Assembly: GCA_050613775.1 (NCBI GenBank)
Contig: JBODTK010000013.1
Location: 868,001 to 932,000, forward strand
Length of the DNA: 64,000 nt
DNA from: Neocallimastix sp. 'constans'
Lineage: Eukaryota
Direction: 5' to 3'
Of the stretch, positions 29,171-41,042 are shown in pieces; the first letter of the stretch is position 1; every line of letters starts with the position of its first letter. The notes below the pieces were generated by a model that did not search any database, was not told the origin of the DNA, and saw only the letters and a list, made by a program, of their open reading frames with translations. A program made the position numbers and the translations under genes.

Positions 29171-29201
<31 letters not shown>

Positions 29202-29776
29202 TTTTATTGTAAAATTATAAAATATATGCCAATATGCCTGAAAAAGTTATTTCGATCCAGGTTAATAAGACTAATTATTTGATTTTCTATTAGAATAAAT
29301 AAAAAAAAAAAAAAAAAAAGATTATTATTATAATGAAAAAATTCAATGAATGATACAAACTCTCCAAATAAATATTAAAATAGATATAAAAATATAAACT
29401 AAAAAAAAACAAAAACAAGATTATTATAATTCTTTTCATAATCATAATCTTATTTTATTAAGTATTTAAATAAATTTTTAGATTTGAAAAATTATAAAAG
29501 AATAATAATAATAATAATAATATATGATAATATTAAAGTTGTATATCTCAAAATATCTACTTTAATTTGAAAATGTATCTATTTTAATTAAACAATGTAG
29601 TAGTAGTAATAGTTTAATTTTCTATTTTAAAACTAAAATTTCAATTATTTTATTGATAAATTAAAACTTTGTTTAAAATTTTATAATTCTTAAATAATAT
29701 TAATGAATGATTATAGAATAATAAATCAAATAAAATAAAAAAAAAAAATGAAAAATTTTATTAATTATTTAAATTA

Positions 29777-30101
29777 TGTTAAAAATCTCAATGTTTTGTT
29801 TATTTACCAACTTTATTTATTTGAAGTAAAAGACTTATCTTTTAGTAATACATAATTTAATGATATTTATACATATAAAACACATTTAATAGATCATATA
29901 TATTTCAATCCATTAAATACATTTTCTCATATTAATTATAAAAAAAAAAAATAAAAAAAAAAAAAATTTTTTTTAAAACTAAATTATCTGTATCATAAAT
30001 TAATTTAAACTATAATAAAGGTTATAATAAAAAAAATTAAGTGTTATCTAAAATGTTAATTATATTGTAAACTAAAAATACAAAAATAACAATTTTTAAC
30101 A
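29777..30101 (-). repeat. 3' LTR (325 bp) of a minus-strand Copia-like element
   Basis: Perfect 10-bp inverted termini TGTTAAAAAT...ATTTTTAACA. On the minus strand it is preceded by the purine tract AAAGAAAGAG (30111-30102). Diverged copies lie at 32826.. (direct) and 31745-32121 (inverted). Confidence 0.8.
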
Positions 30102-32526
30102 CTCTTTCTTTAAATAAAATATTGTAAATCATTGTTTCTTTGTTATCGTACTTTTAATTTTTTACTTATCCGTCGTAGTAACGACCAAATCAGATTGGAA
30201 TTCTAAAGATTCAAGTTTTGAATATTCATTTTATTTTTTAATCAATATTTGAGGATTTTTTATTATTAAAAAATGTTTTTTTTCCAAAAAAATAAAAGTA
30301 TTTATTATCAAAATATAATCAAGATTTTTGAATAAATTAATTTTGTTTACATTTTTATCATTTTTTATTTTTTTTTGGATTATTATAATCGACATTTAAA
30401 ATATTATTTATAATATTGGCATTATTTTCAAAATTATAAATGGAAAAATTATTCAAATTTAAAAAATTTTTATTTTGAATATTTATTTTCATATACTTTT
30501 TATTAATTATTATTATAAATAGAATCAGAATTCTTAAATAGATAAATTATTTTTAATAATCTTCTGGATACTGTTAATTTTTTTTTTTTTTTTTTTGGTT
30601 GATTTCATTCAAACTTTCTAATAATTTATTCAGTTTACCATTTGATTTATTCATTTTATCTAAAAATAATTCATTAAATTTTTTTATTCTGTAATGACAA
30701 ATTTTTTCATCTTCAACAAATAGATAACTATTATTCTCATTTGAAATTATTATTATTATTGTTAATGTTATTTCATTATTAAGGAGAATATCATTTATAT
30801 CTAAATCCTTACAGTTGCTTTTATTACATCCATTACTATTATAAATATTAAAAATAAAATACTTAATTCAAATCATAATCAATATTGTTTTCTTTATGAA
30901 AAATGCTTTTGTTTTCTGCTTTATTTTGTGTATTATTATTTTTAATTTTTTAATTTTTTTTACTATTTCTATCACAATAGTTTTTTATCATAATTTGTTT
31001 AATACTGTTTATTGTTTTAAGTTTTATTTCCTGAATATTATTTTCAGTTTAAACGAAATTTATTTATTTTATTTCAACATTATTATTTTCATTATTTTAG
31101 TACCTATCATAACTTTATTCAATGTTATATATTTCATCTATTGGGATATTTAATTTTCTAAATTGATCAGTTATGTGTTTTATATTGTCGTAAGGATTTT
31201 TTTGGATTAAAGGAACAGGTATAGACTAAATATTTATCACTATCACATAAGTAACAAAGTTTTTTCCTATTGTTACCTTATTTTTTTTTTTTTCTTTTCT
31301 TCATTATTAAATTTCTCATAAATGTCATCTTTATTATAGCCTTCGTTATTACTACGTTCGTCCTTATTTTTTTTTTCTTTATTTTTTTCTTTAAAGACAT
31401 ATTTCTTAATCTTTTTCTTTATTTTTTTTTTGGAATAAGATTTCTAGTGTTTTTAATTTATTTCATCATAATTTCTAATATTTTATTAACATCTTCTGAA
31501 ATACTGTACTTTACTTCCAAGAAGTCTATTTATTTCTCTGGTAACCCCTTTAAATAGATTGTTTAATCTTTCCCTTATACTAAGCTCATTATTTAAATTT
31601 TTTTTTTTTTAACTTTTTATGTGATTTTTAAAAATTCCTTGATGTATTCCAAGGCTTCTTTATCGCTTTTTCAGCCTTCATGTTTTCTAACCTTTTGAAG
31701 AAATTTGATTCTTCATTGATTTCTTCTTTATGGTATTTATTCTTTGTTAGAAAATTAGTATTTTTAGTTTATAAATTTAATTAACACTTTAATTAATATT
31801 TTTATTTTATTAAAACTTTTATTATAATTTTAAATATTAAATAGTTTATTATACATAAATAGGATATATTATATTAATATTTAGTTTATATAGTTTATGT
31901 TTATATAGTTTATGAATATAGTTTCAAAAATTTTTTATTTTTATAAGCCCCTTTTATATAGTTAATATGAAAACATGTATTTAATGTATTATAATATGTA
32001 TGATCCATCAAATGTATTTTATATAAATAGCATCAAATTAGGTATTCCTAAAAATAAGCCTTTTGCATCAAGTTTCAAATAAATAAAGTTAATAAATACA
32101 CAAATATTGAGATTTTTATCAATTCTTGAATACTTCTAATATTAAGTAGGATGTAAATTCTTTTCTTCTTTTTTGCTTCTGATAAAGGATCTTTATTTTT
32201 GTATCTACTCAATTTCTAAAAAGAAAGCTTAGAACTTTAAAATTGTTCATTTTAAGTTCTTTAAATTTTTCTTTCACCTTCCTCAGATAGGGCACACCTT
32301 TCCTCGCCATCTATAGTAATATATTCATTCTTCCATTCTTCGTTTTTTTTTATAATATTATCAACTTTTTTTTTTTTTTTTTTTTTTTTATTTCAGTGTA
32401 TTCACTTAATTCTAACCCCCTAATACCTTACAGTTCTAAGATGACGTCCTCATTCCATTCATTGCAGCTGTCCTAAGTCAGAACATATTCCATTCTATTT
32501 AAAACTATTTCGGTCGTTCCAGTCAT
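30102..32526 (-). pseudogene. Decayed Copia-type gag with zinc-knuckle remnant; no recognisable pol
   Basis: ATG at 32526. Fragments LEVFKNKYHKEEINEESNFFKRLENMK..EALEYIKEF..SIRERLNNLFKGLPEK (UBN2-like gag) and CYLCDSDKYLVYTC (CX2CX4[H>Y]X4C) at about 31215-31257. Many stops and frameshifts. Confidence 0.65.
31745..32121 (+). mobile_element. Solo LTR of the same family inserted in inverted orientation into the gag remnant
   Basis: TG...CA termini. Its reverse complement aligns by eye with 29777-30101. Flanked by the direct repeat ATTCTT at 31739-31744 and 32122-32127. Confidence 0.8.
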
Positions 32527-32825
32527 TTTATAAATATATTTATAGATTATTAATATTATTTAATACGCGATTATATATTATATATTAACTACTAATTATT
32601 AAATTATAAAAAAAAAAAAAACTTTTCAAATACTAATTCCCTAATTCCTATGGCGTTTCATATTTATTTATGTGTGTATTTAAATGTAGTAAATGCTGAA
32701 TATGCTAATTATACTAAATTACTAAATTACTAAATTACTAAATTACTAAATTTCATAATTAGCGAAGAATTCCAAATCTTTAAAATTTCTGCATAAACGT
32801 TTAAGGTCAAATGTGATTTTTAATC

Positions 32826-32985
32826 TGTTAAAAAATCTCTTGGTTTTATTTATTTACTAACTTTAGTTATTTGAAGGTCAAATTATATTTTTTAATAATA
32901 CATAACTTTATGATATTTATACATATAAAATACATTTAATGGATCATTTATATTTCAATACCACATTTTTTATATTATAAAAAAG
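32826..32985 (-). repeat. Partial 5' LTR of the minus-strand Copia-like element
   Basis: Diverged direct repeat of 29777-29945 (TGTTAAAAAATCTC...TGATATTTATACATATAAAA.ACATTTAAT.GATCAT). Similarity is lost at about 32985. Confidence 0.75.
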
Positions 32986-33009
32986 AGGCATAGAAAATAA
33001 ATGTGGTTT

Positions 33010-35752
33010 GAGCATTATAAATAATACGTATTGTATTAGTATATAATATAAATGTTAATAATTTAATTAAATATATAAGTAATAGAGAAATCTCTAACTA
33101 ATAATTTATTGGCAAATAAAGAAATAATAATAAGTGATGTAATCTTAAATTACATTCAAATTACAAAAGATTAAGATTTTCAATGACTTTACTATAAACT
33201 GAGTATTTAGTAATCATAAATATACCAATATAAAAAAAAATATTTAAAAAATACTTAGTATTATAATAATAATACAACAAAATGTCAGAAACTGGTAAAG
33301 GAGGTCAAATCGCCATCAAGTATATATTGACAAGGAATAACTTCAGACTATAAAACCAGGAGATAAAATTGCTATGCTGAACTACTACGGAACTAGAAAA
33401 AACATTTCCAAGGAAATATTTAAATATGTCAGAAAATACCAAATTCCAACCGGAAAGGAGAAGGATTATGTATAAGTCGAAGATCTCAGGGGATACTACA
33501 TAGAAAAAACCACCACAGAGAAGCAAATTAAATAAAATACTGACACAAAATTTTATTTATATAACAGTATTTCAGAAGAAATTAAATAAAGTATCGACTT
33601 CAAAAGACACACTCCCTACCAAAAATATAACGCTCTCAAGAAATTATATATTGAAGACTATGAAAAAAGAATCAACGACATCAAAAGAGAATTAGAAAGC
33701 ATAAAGATTTAATTTAGAAGGTGGCATTAGTTTGCTCATTTCTGAATTAAATATGCTCTTTAATGAACTAGAAGATCTAAATAGTTCTTAATTGGAGGAA
33801 GAAAAATTCAACTATCTATATACTTCTATTTCTAGAAAATTAGTAATAGAAGCAAATTTAATACGCTATAATGGAAAAGAGGAGGAGCTTCTGAACACTT
33901 AAAGAAGGTAATACCAAAAAATGAAATATCTGAATCAACTAAAGGCAAACCATGAAGTACATAAAGATAAAGTTATTATTGAAGTGTTGATATAATAAAA
34001 CAATAAAATAAACAAAACCTCAGCTATTATGTGTTTTTTTTTTTTTTTTTTTTTTCTGAAAAGGACACTCCCAACGAAGTATATAAATAAATTACTTGTT
34101 GGACAATAGATTCGGGAATAACATATCACATAATTATCATAACTAACGAACTCGAGAATCTGCATGACGTAAAATAATATAATAAAATAATGAAATTCGT
34201 GAATGGTGGTAATGTAAAAACAATGCATGAACGAACGTATATAAGATACGTTAATAAAAAAAATAAAATTACATTAAGAAAAGTATTATACATTCCTGTA
34301 TTTGAAAGAAGTTCAATGTTTATCGATAATCTTAGTGAGGATAAATATAAAACTGTATTATATAAATATAATAATAAAAAATTGCATTTCAGTTTATGAG
34401 CCCGAAAAGAATATAAAGTATTTACTACTAGCTCAAATTCATCAAGAGTTTACAAAATTTGGACATTCAAGAATATGTTCAGATTCAATAAAAAATATGA
34501 GAAATAAAAGTGCAATATATGAAAACATCAGATTGTCACTATATACTGAAAATATAGACCCTAGGCATAGATGCTTAGTTCATTTCTTTAATATTATAAA
34601 TAATATTAAAGAAAATCCAAATAAGATTAAGATAAAGTACAATTGCAAGATAGGTACTTCAAAAATGAGAATTAAGTTTTACCCAAGTTAAGAAAACAAA
34701 TCAAAAGAACCCTTTGAACTTATATACATGAATACCGTATCGGCTCCAGATACCTCCATATACGGAAATAAATATTTTTTAACAATTTTAGACTATTATT
34801 CAAATTACAATTAAATCTTCATGAAAACAAAAGGAAAAGTCTTTTATAACTTCGAAAAGTGGTATAGAAGAATAAAGAACATCTTTGAGAAGAATATAAA
34901 GTAATTAAGTCTGGCAATGGGACAGAGTTTACAAATAATCATTTTATATAATAATTTACCTTTATATAATAATTTACCTTTATATAATAATTTACCTTTA
35001 TATAATAATTTACCTTTATATAATATATAATAATTTACCTTTATATAATAATTTACCTTTATATAATAATTTACCTTTTATGAATTATTTAAATCCGCAT
35101 ATTTATAATCAAGGATTTTATAATCAAGAATTACATATTTAAATGATTTTAATAATTTAAGATATTTATATAAAAATAATTATATTCAAAATGTAAATTG
35201 TAACTATTCTCAGAATGAATATAATAGTCGATAATATTTAAATAAAAATAATTTAAATTAAAATTCATAACTCATTTAATGCATTTTTAAATTCAAAATC
35301 AAATCTAAGTCAACAATATAGTTTAAATGCTGATCAAGTAAAAGGTTTTTATACAAATAATAATAGTAATAATAATAAAATTGATCATAACATTAACAAT
35401 AACAGTAATTTAAAGGAAAATAAAAAAAATTTAAATAATTTAATTGAAAATGATAATGACAATTATGAAAAAGTTCTAGAGATTTTATTATGTATGAATT
35501 TTAATATTCCAAATTTTAGGAGGAGTGTTAGAAATAAAATTTATAATATTTAATATACATATTTCCTATATTTATTTAGTTAATTATAATAAAATGTATC
35601 ATAAATATGACATGAACATTATGTACATTATAAATAATGCATACTATATAAAATCTACATGTAGTATTATTTTAATTTTATTTTATTAATTAGAGATTTC
35701 TCAATTTCTTATATATTTAATTAAAGTAATCTAAAATTTCATTCAAATTACA
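33010..35752 (+). mobile_element. Degenerate Ty1/Copia retrotransposon: gag, protease and integrase remnants, RT/RNase H missing, PPT and 3' LTR at 35526-35752
   Basis: Gag ISELNMLFNELEDL..EEEKFNYLY; protease WTIDSGITYHI (about 34100); pre-integrase RHRCLVHF; integrase KEPFELIYMNTV..GNKYFLTILDYYS..IKSGNGTEF. AGGAGGAG precedes TGTTAG at 35526. The LTR end GTAATCT.AA.TT.CATTCAAATTACA is shared by 33139-33165 and 35726-35752. Confidence 0.88.
34943..35078 (+). repeat. 18-bp minisatellite (TTTATATAATAATTTACC) x about 7
   Basis: Directly visible; it begins where integrase similarity ends. Confidence 0.9.
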
Positions 35753-37367
35753 ATATTTTCTATTTTCTATTTTATTTTTTAGTTAATTTTAAAAGTAAAA
35801 ATTTAATAATACCAGCACATTTGTTATTAATTAAATTTAATATTTAAATAAATTGAATATCAATTATTTTATTAATATCCTTTTTTTATTTTTTTTAGTT
35901 ATTTAATTTATTGATACACTAAAAAAGGTTAAAATTAAAAAATATTATATCTTTATTGTCATTTATATATGTGTCATTTTATTACTTTTTATTATAGCAT
36001 CACTAAAGAATTCTCAAAATGTTGTTATTAAAAGTAAATTAATAAAATAAATAAATATAATATAATAAAATAAAATAAAAAAAAAGTTAAAATTAATTAT
36101 AAATATACAGATTAAATAATAATATATAATTTGATGATTTAAATAAAAACTATTAATATTCCATAGATATATTTTGATTATATTAATTTACTGATTGATA
36201 AAAAAAAAAGTTATTATTAAATTAAAATATAATCATGACTTTAAAAAAAAGTAAAAATGAAATATAAAAAGTAAATATTAAATTATATTAAATTGTAACA
36301 ATAAATATTTATAGTTACTATTATACATTTTTTTTTTTCAAATGAATATCGTTTTATAAAAATAATCTCGAAAGAAAAATATTATTTTTTGATTTATACA
36401 TTTTTAATTTTTGAAATATGCAAATTAAAACATTAACTTTATATTATTATATTATATATTGATGAATACGATATAATAAAATTTTTTTATTTAATTCCTC
36501 ATATTAAAATAAGAAAAATCATGATATTAAAATCATATTATAATGTCACATTTATACTAATGAATATGATATAATAAATTTTTAACTTCTTATCTTTGTT
36601 TAATAACATACAAATAATATATTAGAGTGAAGACTTAATTATCACTATTTTACATATGTATATCTTTCAAATGATTATCACTTTTATCATTTTATAAAAG
36701 AATTCTCAAAATTATTAATATTTATTTAAATTTTGAAAAAAAGAAAAAATAAAAATAAAATAATATAAATAGTACAAATATGAATATAATAAACAGATTG
36801 AAAAAAAATAAAAAAAAAAAAAAAAAAAAAAAAAATAATTGTTTTTTAAGAATTTTAGAATTAGAATAAGAGTTAGAATTAATTTATTAATAAAATTTAT
36901 AACAAGCAACCATTTTATTCAAACTCTTAATATATAATAATACTAATATAATATATGATACATATATACATTTTTCAAATAAAAATTGATTCCAATGATT
37001 ATTAGTAATAAATTTTTAATTATAAATTTTTACACATACATTTATGAAATTTCTATAAATCAATATTTATGCTTATAAATATAAACGAGAAAAAAAAATT
37101 TAGTTTATTATAATTATCTAACAGCATTATAACAATTCTTTCTTTTTTTTTTTTTTACAATATTTTTCTAAAAGGAACATTTAGTTACTAATTATAATTT
37201 TAAAGAAATAAACATTTATGAATTATAATTAATTATTTTAACCCATATTTATAGAAATATTTTTATTATAAAACCTAATTAATTAATAATTTAAATATTG
37301 TAAAAATTTTATTTACTAATTTGTTAAAACTCAGATTTGATAATTTGTTTTTATTCATATAATATAA

Positions 37368-37738
37368 ACTTTTTTTTTAAATCATAATTATAAAATCTTT
37401 AATATTAGGTTTAATGAATAATTATAGTTTACCCTTCTTTCTTAATATATTTAATAGCATTTTATAAAATAATGATTAAAATATTACATATAATTGTAAT
37501 AATTAGGCAACAATATAATATTTCATGTTAATAATAATGATAGGGCAATAATAATATTTTATGACTTTTTTTTTAAATCATAATTATAATATCCTTAATA
37601 TTAGGTTTAATGAATAATTAAAATTATTTAATATATTAAATAAAATTTATATAAAGTATTACATATAATTGTTAATAGTAAGGCAATAATAATAATATTT
37701 CATATTAACAATAATGATAAAGCAATAATAATATTTTA
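37368..37738 (+). repeat. Diverged tandem duplication, unit about 175-195 bp
   Basis: TTAAATCATAATTATAA.ATC.TTAATATTAGGTTTAATGAATAATTA...ATTACATATAATTGT...GGCAA...GCAATAATAATATTTT occurs from about 37368 and again from about 37564. Confidence 0.8.
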
Positions 37739-38891
37739 TAGAGTTATAATAAAACAATAATATTTAATGTAATTATTATATGGCAATAATAATATTGAAA
37801 TTATAGTAAAAAAATAATAATAAAATAATAAAAGATTTTTAAAATATTAAAATAATCATTTTGATTAATACTAAATAATAAAAAGCAAAAATTATTTAAT
37901 TAAATTCAATAAAAAATAATAAATAAATAAATAAATATTAAAAATTTATATAATAATAAATTATTAAATATAATTTTCTAAATAAATACTATTAATATAA
38001 TTTATTTTAGTTTGTTTTTTAAAATATTTTTTTATTAAATTTAAGCTTTAAAAATATCCAAAATATAATAAAAATAAAAATGGCATTTGCGATAAACTTT
38101 GGAAAGCTTAAATTTAAGTTTTCATGATGAATTAATATATATGGTTAAAATTAATAAATAATATAAAAATATCAATAGAACTCTAATCGTAACCATAAGC
38201 AAAAAAGTAAAACTATAAATTATAAAATACCATAAAAAAGAAAATAAAAAATAAAAGAGAAATAATCCTTTGTAAATATAAATATATATATATGTATATA
38301 ATTAAATATATAATTAAAATTTTAAATATATATATAAAAAGGAACATAAAATAAAAATATTAAATATTTATAATAATTATATATATAATTAAATAAAAAA
38401 AAGTGTAAGAAATAAAAAAAAATTTAAATGATAATAAAAATTTTTAATTGATTTATATATTTTATTTTATTTTTCATATAATTAATTTAAATCATCAATT
38501 GATTTAAATTAAAAAAATTTTGCCAATTATTAAATATGAAAAATATTTTAATATAATACCATATTTAAATTAATAATAAATAAATAATAAAAAATTAATA
38601 ATAATAAATAGCTAATAATACATAAAATATATATATATTTTATGTTTATTAGCTTTTTTTCCTTTAAAAAGTAGGCATCTGATAAAGTTATATAGCTTAT
38701 TTAATATATATATTTTAAATAAGGAATATAGTAATTCAAATAACAGTTATATAATTTATATATTAAATTAGAAACAAAGTATATGCAGCTGATAGTTATA
38801 TTTGCTTTTATATTTTAAATTAGAAACAAAGTATGCATCTGATAGTTATTTTATTAATCTTTATTTTAATTTAAAAGTAATTAAATAGTTT

Positions 38892-39000
<109 letters not shown>

Positions 39001-41042
39001 AAATAAATAAATTATATACAAAAAAAAATTAAAAAACAAAAAACTAATAATTCAATAAAAACAAATTAATAGAAATAATGTATAATTAATGAATAAAAAT
39101 ATTCAATTAATAATAATAAACAATAAATAATAAATAATAAATTATAAATAATAAATAATAAATAATAAATAATAATAAATAATAAATAATTGAATAATTG
39201 AATAATAAATAATAAATAATAAATAATAAAAAGAGAGAATTAATAAATAATAAATTATAAATTATAAATAATAAATAATTGAATAATAAATAATAAATAA
39301 TAAATAATAAATAATAAATAATAAATAATAAATAATATACAGTAAATAAATAATAATATTATTAATATTATTAATTGTTTTTAACAATTATACATATTTT
39401 AATACATCAATATAAATAATTTTTATTATTATTTTTTTTTTATTTTATTTTTTTTTTTAAATTAAAGCTAAAAAAAATATCAAAGCCAAATTTAAATTAA
39501 CATTTTTATAAATCTCTATATTATATAATTATTATTATATAATAATAATAAAAAAAAATAAGAATTATTTTTAAATATATAAAATTAATATATAATAATA
39601 AACAAACTAAACATAAAATATTATAAAATGAAATAAAAAATTTAAATTGAACAGCCTTTTTTTCATTCATTTATTTAATTATATTTCCTTTATATATATT
39701 TCTTTTTAAGCTTTTTTCATTTTTTTTTCCCATTAACTTTTATTTTTATCAGAATATATAAAAACCAAATTTAGACTTTTCTTTAAAAAATAAGAAGAAA
39801 AAATTTTTTTTTTATTTACCAATTGGTTAGAGTATCTTTATATATTCTTACATAATAATTTATTAAAAAAAATTATTTTATTATTTTGATTAAATTTTAA
39901 TTAATAATAAAAAACTATTATTCATAATTTTTTTTGAACTAAATAAAAAAAATAAGAATAGGAAATAAAATAATAATAATAATAATAAAAAGAAAAATAG
40001 GAAAATACTAATTTTAGTTAAAATAAAATAAACATAGACACTTGATTTACTTTAGGGAAGGTGCTTCAATTAGTAAATCAAAAGAAAAGGAATATATTGT
40101 CAATATATATAATAAATAATAAAAAAATTTTTTTTAAATACAAATCATCTCAATATATATAATATAAATTAACAAAAACTCTAACAATAACTAAAATAAA
40201 AATAATTGATATATTATAAAGAAAAATAAAATAAAATAAAATAAAATAAAATAAAATATATTATTATTATTTACATAATATTAATAAATTGTTATTTAAA
40301 TCTTATATATAAAGAAACAGAAAATTCAAATAAAATTTTTTTTTCTATAAATCTTATATCTAAATATATAAATTAAGGATCTTGTATAATTATAAAAAAA
40401 ATTTTTTTATATTTTAATATATTCTACCAATCATTCCAAATATAGTATAATATTATTATAGAGAGGGAATAATAGATGAGAAAAGATAAAAAAAAATTTT
40501 CTTTAAATATTTAATATTTAATAATAATAATAATATTGTTGTTATTATTATTATATTTATTATTTATTAATATAATTTTAACAATACAAAAAAAAAAAGT
40601 ATTTAAATATATTCATAAAAAAAATTTTTTAAATAATAAAATTTAATATAAAATTATAATCAAATTATAAGCTTATTTATATTAAATAATAAAATATATT
40701 AAAAATTAAATATATAAAATCAGATTTACTTGGTTTAAAGTATAAAAACTATATAAATAACAATTTTTCATGATTTAATACTTTTTTTTTTTTTTTTTTT
40801 TTCTTTTGCTTTTTCAATTTTTTAAAATATATTAAATATATAGAATATTTTAAATAAAATATATATATAAAATATTATATATTTTATATAATATTATATA
40901 TTATATATTTTAATATACCAAATTATAAATATATATAAAATATTATTATTATATATTATAGTTAAATATAATACTTTTTTTTTTTTTAACAATATCTTTT
41001 CTTTTGAATATAACATTAATACATTAATATAAGAATAAAAAA

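Noticed and set aside
30896..31557. Phe-rich plus-strand ORFs
   Set aside because: Antisense of the Lys/Asn-rich decayed gag.
34943..35078. Possible CRISPR-like array
   Set aside because: Head-to-tail 18-mers with no unique spacers and no cas genes; eukaryotic context.
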